Below the pieces are notes generated by a model. The model was given only the letters and a program-made list of their open reading frames with translations. It did no database searches and was not told the DNA's origin. Both the position numbers and the translations under genes were made by a program. A DNA stretch of 64,000 bases, taken from Candidatus Kapaibacterium sp. (GTDB taxonomy: Bacteria; Bacteroidota; Ignavibacteria; Kapaibacteriales; UBA2268). Shown piece after piece: positions 20,605-31,784 of the stretch; position 1 is the first letter of the stretch, and each line of letters starts with the position of its first letter. The DNA lies in contig OY762428.1 in the NCBI GenBank assembly GCA_963665665.1, forward strand, positions 3,104,001 through 3,168,000, given 5' to 3'.

Positions 20605-22005
20605 TTATATATTCACGGCTTCGTCGTAGGCCTGCGCTGCTGCTTCCATCACTGCCTCGTTAAGCGTGGGGTGGGCGTGGATAGTTTTGAAAATTGTTTT
20701 GGCTGTAGCGTCAAGGCTTCTTGCCAGGCCTATCTCGCCGATCATTTCAGTAACTTCCGGCCCGATCATGTGAGCGCCAAGCACTTCGCCGTATTTAGCG
20801 TCGAATACAAGTTTCACAAAACCTTTTGCCTCGCCTATTGCATGGGCCTTTCCGCTCGCCGTGAAGGGGAATTTTCCGATTTTCACTTCATGGCCGGCTT
20901 CTTTGGCTTTTTCTTCTGTCAGGCCTACGCTGGCTACCTGGGGCTGGCAGTATGTACAACCGGGAATATTATTATAATCAACGCCTTCGGTTTCATGGCC
21001 GGCAATAATTTCGGCACAGGCAATACCTTCGGCGCTGGCTTTATGGGCAAGCCAGGGCGGGCCGGCTACATCGCCGATAGCATAGACGCCGTCAATATTG
21101 GTACGCATCTTTTCATCAATTTTAATAAATCCGCGGTCAGTTTCAATTCCAAGCTCTTCAAGGCCGATATTCTCGATATTTGCCTGGATGCCAATTGCAT
21201 TAAGCGCCAGTTCAGCTTTAATGGTTTCCTCTTTGCCTTTTTTCTCGACAACTATTTCCACACCGTCACCAACAGCTTTTGCTGATAGTACCTTAGCACC
21301 GGTCATAATTTTCATTTTTGCTTTCTTGAAGTGTCGGGCAAGCTCTTTGGAAACATCAACGTCCTCGATAGGAAGAATTCTGTCCATCATCTCAATAATT
21401 GTTACCTTAGTACCAAAGGCGTTATAGAAATAAGCGAACTCAATACCGATAGCGCCAGCACCCATGATAACCATTGATTCCGGAATTTTCTTCTGTATCA
21501 ATGCTTCCGTACTTGTAAGAATTTTCTTGCGGTCAACTTCAATGCCGGGAATCATTCTCGGACGGGCGCCGGTGGCAATAATGATATTCTTTGCTTTGAT
21601 AGTATCGGTTACTTTGCCGTCTTTATCCATAACTTCCACTTCATTCGGGGAACTAAGTTTGCCCATGCCTTTCACATGTTCAACCTTATATTTCTTGAAT
21701 AAAAACTGTACGCCGCCTGACATCTTGGTGGCAACGTCGCGGCTGCGCTTTATTACAGCAGGAAAATCAACATCAACTTTCTCGATGCTGAAACCAAAGT
21801 TTTTCGATTCATTCAAAAAGTGCATATATTCTGCATTTTTAAGTAATGCTTTGGTTGGAATACAACCCCAGTTCAGGCACACGCCGCCAAGAGCTTCTTT
21901 TTCAACACAAATTGTTTTCAGTCCGAGCTGAGAAGCGCGAATCGCGGCAACGTATCCACCGGGGCCCGATCCGACAACAACTACATCTGCTTCATGCTTA
22001 TTCAT
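20605..22005 (-). CDS. lpdA: Dihydrolipoyl dehydrogenase
   Basis: GSGPGGY, GGVCLNWGCIPTK redox disulfide, GAGAIG, LAHKA, HAHPTLNE. Confidence 0.97.
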   Translation of the reverse strand: MNKHEADVVVVGSGPGGYVAAIRASQLGLKTICVEKEALGGVCLNWGCIPTKALLKNAEYMHFLNESKNFGFSIEKVDVDFPAVIKRSRDVATKMSGGVQFLFKKYKVEHVKGMGKLSSPNEVEVMDKDGKVTDTIKAKNIIIATGARPRMIPGIEVDRKKILTSTEALIQKKIPESMVIMGAGAIGIEFAYFYNAFGTKVTIIEMMDRILPIEDVDVSKELARHFKKAKMKIMTGAKVLSAKAVGDGVEIVVEKKGKEETIKAELALNAIGIQANIENIGLEELGIETDRGFIKIDEKMRTNIDGVYAIGDVAGPPWLAHKASAEGIACAEIIAGHETEGVDYNNIPGCTYCQPQVASVGLTEEKAKEAGHEVKIGKFPFTASGKAHAIGEAKGFVKLVFDAKYGEVLGAHMIGPEVTEMIGEIGLARSLDATAKTIFKTIHAHPTLNEAVMEAAAQAYDEAVNI

Positions 22006-22235
22006 ATTTTTACCTTTTAATATTATTTATAATAAAATTATACGATATTCAGTTTTATCAAATTCAAATATTTTCAAAAATAATTCTATTAAACCTGAAA
22101 AAAAAATTCAGGAACATGTTTAAAACTTATCAGGCTAAAAAATATTTTGCAATTTTTGTAACTATTTTGTAAAAATCTGTGTAGTTTATTTAATTGTAAA
22201 AGATAAAAATTGATTGACATAAAATGGAATTCATT

Positions 22236-24983
22236 ATGAAAAAGATTATCACCTTATTAATTACTCTCTCGACAGTTTTGATTTTTGGCAGAATGCAGAT
22301 ATTTGCCGAAGCTCCTAAGATAAGCCTTGATAATGATTACGGGGAGATTCAACGGCAGTTCAACAAATGGCTTGATACTGCCGACTACATGAATGAAAAA
22401 GGCTGGAAAAACTATGCCCGCTACCTTTATAATAATAGTTTTTATGTTGATAGTAAAGGAAAGCTGGACGTTGAAAGGTTCAGGTTTAACCAGATTGAAC
22501 AGAAAAACAGGAATGACCGTATCCTGGATGATGCCGGGTGGATACCAGCCGGTCCGGGTTACTATGCCCCTTCTTATGATACGCTTTCCGGGCATGGTAT
22601 TGGCAGGTTGAACTGTGTTACTTTCCATCCTGATGACCCGAACACATTTTGGATTGGCGCACCCGAAGGCGGTATCTGGAAAACAGTTAATGCCGGGCAA
22701 AGCTGGATGCCGATGAATGAAGGCTTAACAACTCTTTCTGTTTCTTCAATAGCAGTAGACCCCAATAATACAGATGTAATCTACCTTGGCAGCGGTGATT
22801 TTGATCAGGAGAAAGCTTATTCGTTCAGGGCTCACGGAGTATTCAAAACAACTAATGGCGGACTGAATTGGGAAGAAACCGGGCTTAACATCAATACTCC
22901 CGGATTTAACAGATCTTCAGTCAGGGATTTAGTTGTTTCCCCTGATGGGAACAGCATTCTTGCCGCCTGTTACTTCGGTGTCTGGAAATCACAGGACGGA
23001 GGAATGACCTGGGATACAACTCTTGACTGGGCTATTTGCGATATGAAACAGCATCCCCAAAGAAAAAACGAAGTTTATGCAATGACTCATTTTTCCTGGA
23101 GCCGTGGGCAGGGTTCATGGATAATGAAATCAACGGATTTCGGCGATTCCTGGGAACAGCTCAGCTTTAATACAACCGACAGTATTATGTACGGCAGGAT
23201 GGAAATGGAATTCTCGAATGCTGATCCGGAATACTTATATATACTGTGTGTAGGAGAGCAAATTAACCGTAGAGGTTTTCACGCTCTTCATCGATCAACA
23301 GATGGAGGCGATACATGGGAAATGATGTCTGATATTAATAGCTCTCCGAATATTATGGCATGGTACGACGGTGTTGCGAACGGTGGTCAGGGTACTTATG
23401 ATGTAATGCTGATAACAGATCCTGATGACCGAGATAAAATTTATGTTGGAGGTGTTAATGTCTGGGGATCGGAAGACGGCGGAGCTACATGGAATATTGC
23501 CACACTCTGGCTCAATGCCCTTGGCCCAAGCCTTCACGCGGATCAGCATTATGGTGCTTACCGGCCGCTGGACGGATATTTTTACATCTGCAATGACGGA
23601 GGTATTTACAGGACAAAAGATATTATTCCCGGGAAAACAGAATGGATTACGGAAGTGGTTGATAAAAGCAACGAAGGAGTCAAGCCCGACGCTCCAGTAA
23701 GAAGATTTGAAACAAAGTGGGAAAATATTTCCGGCAATATGGAAATTACCCAGTTCTACAGGATGGGACTTTCGAAAAATCATGCAAATTACGTAACTGC
23801 AGGGGCGCAGGATAATTCCTGCTACTACCTGAACAGTAATGAGGACTGGATTAACTACATACCCAACTATGACGGTATGGAGACAATGATAGATTATACC
23901 AATCCTGACAGGATATTTGGCGCCTGGCAGTTTGGCGGGCTTTGCCGTTCCGAAGACGGAGGTAAAACGGTAGATAAAAACATTACTTATGAAATTAATA
24001 ACTCCGGGGAAAGAGGCCAGTGGATAACACCTTACGCCATGGATCCGAATAATCCCGATATTATATACGGCGGCTACAGGAACCTGTGGCGGACAACCGA
24101 CGGCGGCGATACATGGCTGAAAATATTTAACGTGGATGAATATATCCAGGAAACAGGAAATACCAATGGTATGAGCGATATTGAAATATCCCGAACCGAT
24201 CCGGAAAGGATCATTATTTATAAATCGCCTTTTTATAACTGGAATCTCGATACTACTTTTATCCATGAAATGTATATGAGCAGGGACGGCGGAAATTCAT
24301 TTGAACCAGTTACTCAGTTACTTCCGGAATCAATTAATTTAGTAAACGATATTGAAATTGATGACGATGACAGCGACCATGTATGGATAGTAGGTACTGC
24401 CGGAAGCCTGGGCGGAGTTATGTACGAATCGAAAGACGGCTGCCAGACATGGGAAAACAAGAACAAGGCTATGATATTTCCCGGAGCGAATTATGCAGTT
24501 GTACTCGACAGCAGAACAGATGAAAATGTGGTCTACGTAGGCAACGAGGGTGTGGTGTATATGACATCCGACAGTATGGACAAATGGGAAACCTACAGCA
24601 AGGACCTGCCACTATCAAGGGTTTACGAACTGGAAATAAATTATCCCTCCGAAAGAATTTATGCCGCCACATACGGCCGAGGCGTATGGTACGCACCGCT
24701 ATTCGATCCGAATGTATCGGTAGATGATAATCAATCCGGTGAAAGCAGCCTGAAAATAAGCCCCAACCCTTCGAAGGACAGGATAGAAGTACAGATTGCA
24801 AATAAGAAAACAACACCGGCTTTGGTTTCTATCATTGATATTAACGGCAGGAGAGTCAGAAATTACAATATGAATATTGAATCCGGGCAATTTACCATCG
24901 AACACGGCTTAAACCCCGGAGTATATTTTATTAATATCACTATTGGCAGTAAAATTATGTCAAGCAGGTTTGTTGTTCAATAG
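22236..24983 (+). CDS. Secreted BNR/VPS10-like beta-propeller protein with T9SS C-terminal domain
   Basis: Many KTxxGGxxW and SxDGGxxW boxes; C-terminal SPNPS...PGVYFINI...RFVVQ. Start 22224 or 22236. Confidence 0.85.
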   Translation: MKKIITLLITLSTVLIFGRMQIFAEAPKISLDNDYGEIQRQFNKWLDTADYMNEKGWKNYARYLYNNSFYVDSKGKLDVERFRFNQIEQKNRNDRILDDAGWIPAGPGYYAPSYDTLSGHGIGRLNCVTFHPDDPNTFWIGAPEGGIWKTVNAGQSWMPMNEGLTTLSVSSIAVDPNNTDVIYLGSGDFDQEKAYSFRAHGVFKTTNGGLNWEETGLNINTPGFNRSSVRDLVVSPDGNSILAACYFGVWKSQDGGMTWDTTLDWAICDMKQHPQRKNEVYAMTHFSWSRGQGSWIMKSTDFGDSWEQLSFNTTDSIMYGRMEMEFSNADPEYLYILCVGEQINRRGFHALHRSTDGGDTWEMMSDINSSPNIMAWYDGVANGGQGTYDVMLITDPDDRDKIYVGGVNVWGSEDGGATWNIATLWLNALGPSLHADQHYGAYRPLDGYFYICNDGGIYRTKDIIPGKTEWITEVVDKSNEGVKPDAPVRRFETKWENISGNMEITQFYRMGLSKNHANYVTAGAQDNSCYYLNSNEDWINYIPNYDGMETMIDYTNPDRIFGAWQFGGLCRSEDGGKTVDKNITYEINNSGERGQWITPYAMDPNNPDIIYGGYRNLWRTTDGGDTWLKIFNVDEYIQETGNTNGMSDIEISRTDPERIIIYKSPFYNWNLDTTFIHEMYMSRDGGNSFEPVTQLLPESINLVNDIEIDDDDSDHVWIVGTAGSLGGVMYESKDGCQTWENKNKAMIFPGANYAVVLDSRTDENVVYVGNEGVVYMTSDSMDKWETYSKDLPLSRVYELEINYPSERIYAATYGRGVWYAPLFDPNVSVDDNQSGESSLKISPNPSKDRIEVQIANKKTTPALVSIIDINGRRVRNYNMNIESGQFTIEHGLNPGVYFINITIGSKIMSSRFVVQ

Positions 24984-25445
24984 ATTAAATTTTTATTCAT
25001 CCGATCACTTTAAGTGATCGGGTGAAACCGAATCATATCAAATTTAAAAAAAGTAGCCACTTCATATTTTCCTCCTTCCCAAGCCCCGCTTGGGAAGGTA
25101 ATTTTCCCGTAAAGTTTTACTTTTGAATTGCGAAGTCAAGTTTCAAAGGAAAGCTAAATTACCAAGTAAAACATGGTAATGAAGGAAAATATTCAAAAGA
25201 GCATTAAAAGGGTGAAAATTTAAGGTCTCGGGATGGGTAAATGTATTTCTACTGCAAATTTTATCTAACCTTTTTGTAACGCATCTTCAATTATTTTTGT
25301 TCGTGGTTGTTTTACGGGTTTTTTGGGAATTGGTTGATTATGTATGTATCTGAATGCTGCAAGATAGTTCGTAGTATAAATTAGATATTGAAGAAAATAT
25401 GCTGGATTTACTTTGCACAAAGCTTTACAAAATAATTTTGTGTCT

Positions 25446-26057
25446 TTATTCATAATCAATCATTTGTTTAATATATTCCTTTTTGTTAAGATTCAGAAAG
25501 TCATTAATCGTTAAATTATCTGGATTTTCCGATTTCAATTTCCTCATTTCGTCTTTACCTTCTTTTTCATTTCCCAAAAGTATCAATGAAAAGGCACGAT
25601 TAAGTCTATTTGCAAACAAAAACTTTACTTTTTCGGGATCATCTATTCTTTCATCATATAACTCAATACTTTTTCTATAATATTGTTTTGCGGTTAAAGA
25701 GTCTCCCATTCTATCATATAGCATACCTGCAAATGTCCATGCTTCAGCCAGGTCCGGTTTTATCTCTATAACCTTATTACTTGCCTGTAATGCTTTATCA
25801 TATTGTTTTTTATTTAAGTAAAGAGTGGTCATATTGGAATATAATATGTGATAATTTTCATCAATCTCAATGGCTTTGTTAAATAGAACTAATGCTTTGT
25901 CATAATCTCTGCGTTGCATTAATTGAACAGCTTTGTTATTTAATTCAATTGCTTTAGGATTTACTTCATATCCTTTGCAAGATTGCAAAATCGAAATAAT
26001 AATAAAAAGAATAATTGTTAATCTTATTCCATTTATTATCTTCAAAATAAAATTCAT
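25446..26057 (-). CDS. TPR-containing lipoprotein
   Basis: LQSC lipobox; TPR patterns (ALVLFNKAIEID, AEAWTFAGMLY). ATG 26057 has AAGGAG upstream. Confidence 0.75.
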   Translation of the reverse strand: MNFILKIINGIRLTIILFIIISILQSCKGYEVNPKAIELNNKAVQLMQRRDYDKALVLFNKAIEIDENYHILYSNMTTLYLNKKQYDKALQASNKVIEIKPDLAEAWTFAGMLYDRMGDSLTAKQYYRKSIELYDERIDDPEKVKFLFANRLNRAFSLILLGNEKEGKDEMRKLKSENPDNLTINDFLNLNKKEYIKQMIDYE

Positions 26058-26882
26058 ATTATATCTCCTTTTGATCAATTTTCCACCCATCTGTAATGAA
26101 TTTTATATCGTTTGGTTCCAAACAGACAGCAATTCTGCCTTTCTCTAATTCAATATTTTCCATGTCTATATGCTAAATATTTTGTAAATGGAAATAATCT
26201 TTTCTATCAATATCAAAACCCAATATACAAAAAAATATGAATTAGAATTAGGGTATATCAATTAATAATGAACTGAGAAAATAAATTCTAATCTTGGTGA
26301 AATATCACTATTATATTCTCTTTTCAGATTAGTGCAAAATGCCGATTTATATAGCCACCTGCTTTAGCTCCTGGTAAGCATTTGAGAATTTATCAGCCGG
26401 ACTTCAGTCCTTTAGATGATATGGGTTAAAAACCGAATAACTAATTCTTTATCTTTCGGGATGTCTCTTTTTTCTAAAAAGTATTTTAAAACCACCCCGC
26501 CCTTCGGGCATCCCTCCGGCGTAGGGGAATCGCCTTAATTTATAATTATCATTAAGTTAATTTCCCTCCCGTGGAGGGGATTAAAGGGGTGGTTCATCGA
26601 TAATATAAAAAAATTGTAAAATAAAAATGCTTGTTATGCTATTAAAAGTCAGCCTCCTGTTGGGATGTAGATTTGTTCAGAAAAGCATTTATGTATTCCC
26701 GTTAATTGGGTGTAAGTTTATTAACTCATCGGATGACTCGGAGTCATCCGATGAGTGATACCCCCCCACCTTTCCTCATAAATAATTACAAAATACTTTT
26801 AAAATCAGCTCTTTAATTATAACACTGCCGAGGCCGTAGATTGCCCGCGTTAATATTTCAAAACATTAGAAAAGGATATATT

Positions 26883-27704
26883 ATGTGGATAGAAATATTT
26901 CGCGCTGGAAAACATACCGACAACGGCGGCCTGACAGCCGAGTTTTCCGAAGCTGATATTGATGAGATTGTCAGAAAGTATAATGCAAAAGACCCGGCGG
27001 AGCAGGCGCCGCTCGTAAAAGGCCATCCGGCACTGGACAGCCCGGCGCACGGATGGGTGGAACGCCTGGCAAGGCGCGGCGGAACAATGCTTGCACGTAT
27101 AAAAAATTTCTCCGATGAGATTGTGGCGGATATCAACGCCGGGAGGTTTCGCAGGGTATCGGTTGCTCTCTACCCGGATATGACTCTGCGCCACGTGGGT
27201 TTGCTTGGCGCTGCCGCCCCGGCAGTGTCAGGACTTCGCCCCGTTCGTTTCTCGGAGTTCGATAATATTAAAGAATACAACTTTGATATTAACCCGGCTC
27301 CGGAGGACGAAGAAAAGGGCGAGCTGCGAACGGAAATCGAAAAGCTGAAGAAAACCGCCCGTCTGAAGGAATTCCGCGAATTTGCCTCCAGGCAGAATAT
27401 AAGCCCGGCATCCGCTGCCAGGCTGGTAGATGCGCTCGAAGCTGCCTACAGGGCTGATGAAGCAAACACCGGGGGCGGAAAATCGGCTGTTGATACAGTT
27501 AAGGAATTCGCGCGAGAATTCAGCAAAGGCCCGGAGTTCGGAGAAATGAAGCAAAGCGCCCCGGCAAACAGGCTGCCGGCGAGAGATTTTTCAGGAACGA
27601 ATACTCCCGAACAGAGAAAGGCACTGCACGAAAAGGCCGTCAACCTGATGAATGCCTCGCCCTGCCTTTCATACGAGGAAGCGCTGCTAAGGGCGTGGGG
27701 GTAA
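26883..27704 (+). CDS. Mu-like prohead protease/scaffold (gpI-like)
   Basis: WIEIFRAG, APLVKGHP...SPAHGWV, RRVSVALY, LRHVGLLGAAAPAVSGL; helical scaffold tail ending SYEEAL. ATG 26883 follows AAAGGA. Confidence 0.85.
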   Translation: MWIEIFRAGKHTDNGGLTAEFSEADIDEIVRKYNAKDPAEQAPLVKGHPALDSPAHGWVERLARRGGTMLARIKNFSDEIVADINAGRFRRVSVALYPDMTLRHVGLLGAAAPAVSGLRPVRFSEFDNIKEYNFDINPAPEDEEKGELRTEIEKLKKTARLKEFREFASRQNISPASAARLVDALEAAYRADEANTGGGKSAVDTVKEFAREFSKGPEFGEMKQSAPANRLPARDFSGTNTPEQRKALHEKAVNLMNASPCLSYEEALLRAWG

Positions 27705-27857
27705 ACGTATTAACCTTCAGAAGGTGGAACCTTCGGAAGGTTGTGCAAAATGACACTCTAACACCAGGGCTCGTCGGGATATCCTTTCAAACCTCTGTCC
27801 TAGGTCCTGCCTGGGATAGTATAAACTACAAAAGCGTTGCTAAGCAGGGGCTTAGCA

Positions 27858-27909
27858 ACGAGAAGAAGAACCTCCCCTTAAATCTCCTCCAATGGAGGGG
27901 AATGAAAAA
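27858..27909. repeat. 52-bp repeat, copy 1 (copy 2 at 29096-29147)
   Basis: ACGAGAAGAAGAACC(T/A)CCCCTT...CAATGGAGGGGAATGAAAAA, about 45 bp upstream of both the capsid and cement genes. Confidence 0.85.
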
Positions 27910-27953
27910 AGATAGATAATTCAGGAACTAATTTAAAATAACAGGAGAACAAA

Positions 27954-28901
27954 ATGTCAACAGCAAGAATAGACGAACTGAGAATGATCGATCCCGTGCT
28001 GTCAACGGTAGCACAGGGATATACAAACGCCGCCATGGTATCAACGAAACTCTTCCCGATAGTGGAAGTAAGCAAACTGAAGGGCAAGGTTCCCGAATTC
28101 GGCAGGGAATCCTTCCTGATACGTGATACTGTAAGGGCAATCCGCGCGGCATCAAACAGGATAGCCCCTGCCGATGTGAACATGATAGAATTTCAGACGC
28201 AGGAAAGAGATATTGAAACAGCGATCGATTACCTTGAGGAAGAGGAAAGCCCGGACTTCCTGCGATACGAGCAGCGCCTGACCCGTGACCTTATGGACAT
28301 ACTCCTGCTGGAAAGAGAAAAACTGGCCGCTGACCTGGCGCAGGATACAGGTAACTACGGCAGCGGGTTAACGAAGACTCTGGACGATAGCAACTGTTTC
28401 GATGATTACAGCCTGGCTATTGATCCCGTGGCGATAATAAAACAGGGGATGATAGCTGTTCGTGAGAAAATTGCAAAGTACCCGAACACAATGGTAATGG
28501 GAGATTCAGTTTACAACGCGCTTACCTCTCATCCGAAAATAATCGAACGGGTAAAATACGCAGGTATCAGCAAAGTTGATGTCGGCGTGTTCAGGGAATT
28601 GTTCGGTATAAAGGATATTCATATCGGCAGGGCTGTGCAAACCGAAGACGGCGCGACATTCAGCGATATATGGCAGGATAATATCATTATGGCTTATACT
28701 GATAAAAATGAAAGGGGCAAACGCAGCGAGTTCAATCCGAGTTTCGGCTATACCTTCAGACGTAAGGATATGCCAGAGGTGGACAGCTACTTCGAGAACG
28801 GCGGCAAGCTGAAAGTTGTCCGCGCCACGGAAAATTATACTATAAAGATCACTGCTCAGGACGCGGCATATCTTATAACCGGTGCTGTGCTGTACGGGTA
28901 G
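27954..28901 (+). CDS. Major capsid protein (HK97 fold, Mu-like prophage type)
   Basis: LRMIDPVLSTVAQGYTN...LFPIV...GKVPEFGRE...RAIRAASN; PNTMVMG, HPKIIER, PSFGYTF; position after the protease. Confidence 0.85.
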   Translation: MSTARIDELRMIDPVLSTVAQGYTNAAMVSTKLFPIVEVSKLKGKVPEFGRESFLIRDTVRAIRAASNRIAPADVNMIEFQTQERDIETAIDYLEEEESPDFLRYEQRLTRDLMDILLLEREKLAADLAQDTGNYGSGLTKTLDDSNCFDDYSLAIDPVAIIKQGMIAVREKIAKYPNTMVMGDSVYNALTSHPKIIERVKYAGISKVDVGVFRELFGIKDIHIGRAVQTEDGATFSDIWQDNIIMAYTDKNERGKRSEFNPSFGYTFRRKDMPEVDSYFENGGKLKVVRATENYTIKITAQDAAYLITGAVLYG

Positions 28902-28987
28902 GGATTGGTCTAAAGGAGACGGTTCTATCCAATTTGTCATTTTGAGCGATAGCGAAGAATCCATTCTTCAACATTTCTCATCAGGAG

Positions 28988-29093
28988 AAGAACCTCCCCT
29001 ATAATCCCCTCCTCCGCGAAGAGGGGATAAGAAATAAATATGTAAAAATTCCCCTCTCGAGGGGTGGCAGCGAAGCTGACGGGGTGGTTCTTT
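28988..29093. repeat. About 105-bp REP-like composite repeat, copy 1 (copy 2 at 32357-32461)
   Basis: AAGAACCTCCCCTATAATCCCCTCCTCCG...AAAATTCCCCTCTC.AGGGGTGGCAGCGAAGCTGACGGGGTGGTTCTTT present twice. Confidence 0.9.
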
Positions 29094-29189
29094 ATACGAG
29101 AAGAAGAACCACCCCTTTGATCCCCTACAATGGAGGGGAATGAAAAACAGAATGAATAAATCAAATAACTACAATCAAAGGAGAAAATT

Positions 29190-29534
29190 ATGTCGGCAAA
29201 TACAAAAACATATCAGCCGGTACAGGCTGTAAGCGTAAAGGCAGCGGAAGACCTTCCGGGGTTTCGTTTCGTATCACATCTCGGATCGGTATGCGCCGCA
29301 GGGGCGAAATCACTTGGCGTACCCGAGGTATCCTGGAAAGAAGACGAACAGGCGGCGGTGATAACTCTTGGCACTATTGCCGTTGAAACATCGGAAAGTA
29401 TCAGTGCCGGTGCGAATGTTACATCCGATTCCGAAGGAATGGGCGTTGTTGCTACTGAAGGAGATGCTGTTAACGGCAGGGCGCTGGATTCATGCTCCGA
29501 ACCCGGTTTTGTAAAAATATTACTTGTGCCATAG
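29190..29534 (+). CDS. DUF2190-family capsid cement/decoration protein
   Basis: 114 aa, small-residue rich; FRFV...AGAKSLGV...VITLG...AGANVTSDSEG...NGRALD. Confidence 0.75.
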   Translation: MSANTKTYQPVQAVSVKAAEDLPGFRFVSHLGSVCAAGAKSLGVPEVSWKEDEQAAVITLGTIAVETSESISAGANVTSDSEGMGVVATEGDAVNGRALDSCSEPGFVKILLVP

Positions 29535-29542
29535 GTGACGGC

Positions 29543-29983
29543 ATGGCATATATCAGCGAATCAGATTTTTTAAAAGAATTGTCTTCGGAGGAGCTTGCCC
29601 GGCTTACGGGCGACCCCTCCGGGGCAACGATTGACCACGAGCGCACGGGAATTGCGATAACACGTTCCTGCGCGGTGATTGATACCATGCTGCACGGCAA
29701 ATACGGCGTACCCTTTGCAAGCCCGCCGGAGATAATAATAAAGATTGCGGCTGACCTTGCGGTGGCGCATTTGCTTGAGTTTTATTACAAGTCATCGAGT
29801 TTGCCTCCTACAATTGCCTGGCGCAAGGTGAATGCCATGAACCTGCTGAAGAAAATTGCCGCAGGGGAAATTATCCTGACGGGATATACCGCTACCTCAG
29901 ACGCTCCCCCGGCAATAGTCTGCAGAACCAGGCAGCAGCGGCTGTTTTCGGATGAAGTACTGAACAATTACGGAGATGATTAA
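29543..29983 (+). CDS. Mu gp36/DUF1320-like head-tail adaptor
   Basis: MAYISESD...EELARLT...IDTMLHGKYGVP...IAADLAV...AMNLLKKIAAGEI. ATG 29543. Confidence 0.8.
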   Translation: MAYISESDFLKELSSEELARLTGDPSGATIDHERTGIAITRSCAVIDTMLHGKYGVPFASPPEIIIKIAADLAVAHLLEFYYKSSSLPPTIAWRKVNAMNLLKKIAAGEIILTGYTATSDAPPAIVCRTRQQRLFSDEVLNNYGDD

Positions 29984-30272
29984 AATGAAAAGCAAAATTC
30001 AATATATAACAAGATACGGTGTGTGGATGCTGATTGGCTTATTTACCTTCCTGCTTCTGATGCCACGCTCCGCCGAGCTGAACACACTGCTGCTTATACT
30101 CCTGATCGAGTTCACGGCAATAGGGCTGTCGGGCCTTGCGGCTTATGTTTACACCAGGGTTGATTTCACCCGGGAATACACCCGCCACGAGCTTGGGTTG
30201 ATTTTTCTTGGCGTGCACATCTGCGCCGGCCTTACCATGACGGGAGTGTATTTTACGCAGTTTATGGTATGA
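29976..30272 (+). CDS. Small three-TM membrane protein, putative holin
   Basis: Three hydrophobic segments in under 100 aa, upstream of the CHAP lysin; function inferred from context. Confidence 0.5.
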   Translation: MIKMKSKIQYITRYGVWMLIGLFTFLLLMPRSAELNTLLLILLIEFTAIGLSGLAAYVYTRVDFTREYTRHELGLIFLGVHICAGLTMTGVYFTQFMV

Positions 30273-30350
30273 GTAGGGGTTTTAGAGATTTTCTCAACCA
30301 CCCCTTTTTTCCCTCCTTGAAAAGGAGGGGAGAAGAAACGAATATAAAAA

Positions 30351-30548
30351 ATGAGGCTGCCTCGAAAGCCTGAAAAGCGGTCATTTCCCGACAAGCCGGG
30401 ATCTTCGACTGAGCATGGTGAAGAATCCATAACCCGCATGAATACTGGATTCTTCACTTCGCTCAGCCTGCCCTCAGCCTGCCCCGATGTGTCGGGGATT
30501 TATCGGGGAATGACAAATTTCCAAAAATCGGAATAGTGAGGCATCCCG
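30351..30548. repeat. About 190-bp MITE-like composite element, copy 1
   Basis: Near-identical to 31598-31784; begins ATGAGGCTGCCTCGAAAGCC, ends GAG(G/A)CATCCCG; contains a GTCATT...GAAGAATCC/GGATTCTTC...GAATGAC palindrome. Confidence 0.9.
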
Positions 30549-30595
30549 TTTAGGGGAGATAGAAGTATTATTCAAAAAAACATAAGAGGTAAAAA

Positions 30596-31180
30596 TTGAA
30601 AACAAATATGCTAATAATATTGATATGGCTGCTGCCGATGATAGGTGATGCTGCTGAAAAATATGAACTGAGATGTCTGCCGGGATTACTGGAAGAATCC
30701 ATGAAAATTGCTATTGATCAGGCCGGGACGCTTGAAAGCGGAAAGAACTCCGGCGCTGTGGAAAAATACCTGGAATCGGTAGGGTTGAAACCCGGAAACC
30801 CTTACTGTGCTGCCGGACAATACTACTGCTTTCTGAAAGCCGCGCGGAAGCTGGGATTGAGCATAAGATCAATACCAATTCCGCGTACAGGCCTGGCAAA
30901 TGCAATTTTCAATCATGCAAAGAAATACGGTAGAAAGGTTCCTTACAAACCAGCAGTTCACGACCTTCTGATATACAGGAAAGGCCGTACCCGCTTCGGC
31001 CATGTGGAAAGGATAATAGAAACGGGCCGCGCAGGCTGGGTGAAAACTATTGCATTCAACGTCAGCAGTATTGTTGATGGCAAGAAGCGGGAAGGAGTGT
31101 TTATCCGCAAAAGGAATATTTATCATCCGCTGGCGGCTATGTTCGTGCGCGGGCTTGTAGGATTCAGGGAAAGGGATTGA
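30596..31180 (+). CDS. CHAP-domain peptidoglycan hydrolase (putative endolysin) with signal-peptide-like N-terminus
   Basis: E-x-GKNSG...YL...GNPYCAA (catalytic Cys) and GHVERI (His); TTG start after AAGAGGT. Confidence 0.75.
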   Translation: MKTNMLIILIWLLPMIGDAAEKYELRCLPGLLEESMKIAIDQAGTLESGKNSGAVEKYLESVGLKPGNPYCAAGQYYCFLKAARKLGLSIRSIPIPRTGLANAIFNHAKKYGRKVPYKPAVHDLLIYRKGRTRFGHVERIIETGRAGWVKTIAFNVSSIVDGKKREGVFIRKRNIYHPLAAMFVRGLVGFRERD

Positions 31181-31181
31181 C

Positions 31182-31541
31182 ATGATAAGGAAGATATGTG
31201 AAAACCACCCCATGGACAGCGATTATGACAACGGAAGAATACTTACGAATCAGGGTAGTTTTCCCGGTAGGAATAAGCAGATAAAACTAAAGTCCTGGGA
31301 AATTTCATGGGACGGCGCAGCTGGAACTTTGGACGGAACGATTAATATATACGCTTCCAATTCGGGGCACAGTGAATCCCGAATTCAAAGCATCAACGTC
31401 GGCAGTGCATCAAACACAGACGACTGTGTTCTTGATGCTCCGATAGTTGATTCGGAATTCATTCGCTTTGAATATACTGCGCATTCTATCACTGCCGGAA
31501 CGCTGAACATTGTGTTGTTTTATGATTCGATTAATCCGTAG
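31182..31541 (+). CDS. Hypothetical beta-rich protein in the phage module
   Basis: 119 aa ORF starting 1 nt after the lysin stop; alternating beta-strand pattern. Confidence 0.55.
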   Translation: MIRKICENHPMDSDYDNGRILTNQGSFPGRNKQIKLKSWEISWDGAAGTLDGTINIYASNSGHSESRIQSINVGSASNTDDCVLDAPIVDSEFIRFEYTAHSITAGTLNIVLFYDSINP

Positions 31542-31563
31542 GGGCGACCCTTGTGGTCGCCCT
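31538..31563. repeat. GTAG-type REP, copy 1 (identical copy at 32313-32338)
   Basis: GTAGGGGCGACCCTTGTGGTCGCCCT: GTAG tetramer plus hairpin, at or just after stop codons. Confidence 0.9.
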
Positions 31564-31597
31564 CATCTAAGATTCTGGGATAAGAACCACCCCTGTA

Positions 31598-31784
31598 ATG
31601 AGGCTGCCTCGAAAGCCTGAAAAGCTGTCATTTCCCGACAAGCCGGGATCTTCGACTGAGCGTAGCGAAGAATCCATAACCCGCATGAATACTGGATTCT
31701 TCACTTCGTTCAGCCTGCCCCGATGTGTCGGGGATTTATCGGGGAATGACAAATTCCCAAAAATCAAAATAATGAGACATCCCG
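31598..31784. repeat. About 190-bp MITE-like composite element, copy 2
   Basis: As copy 1 but without the 11-bp TCAGCCTGCCC duplication. Confidence 0.9.
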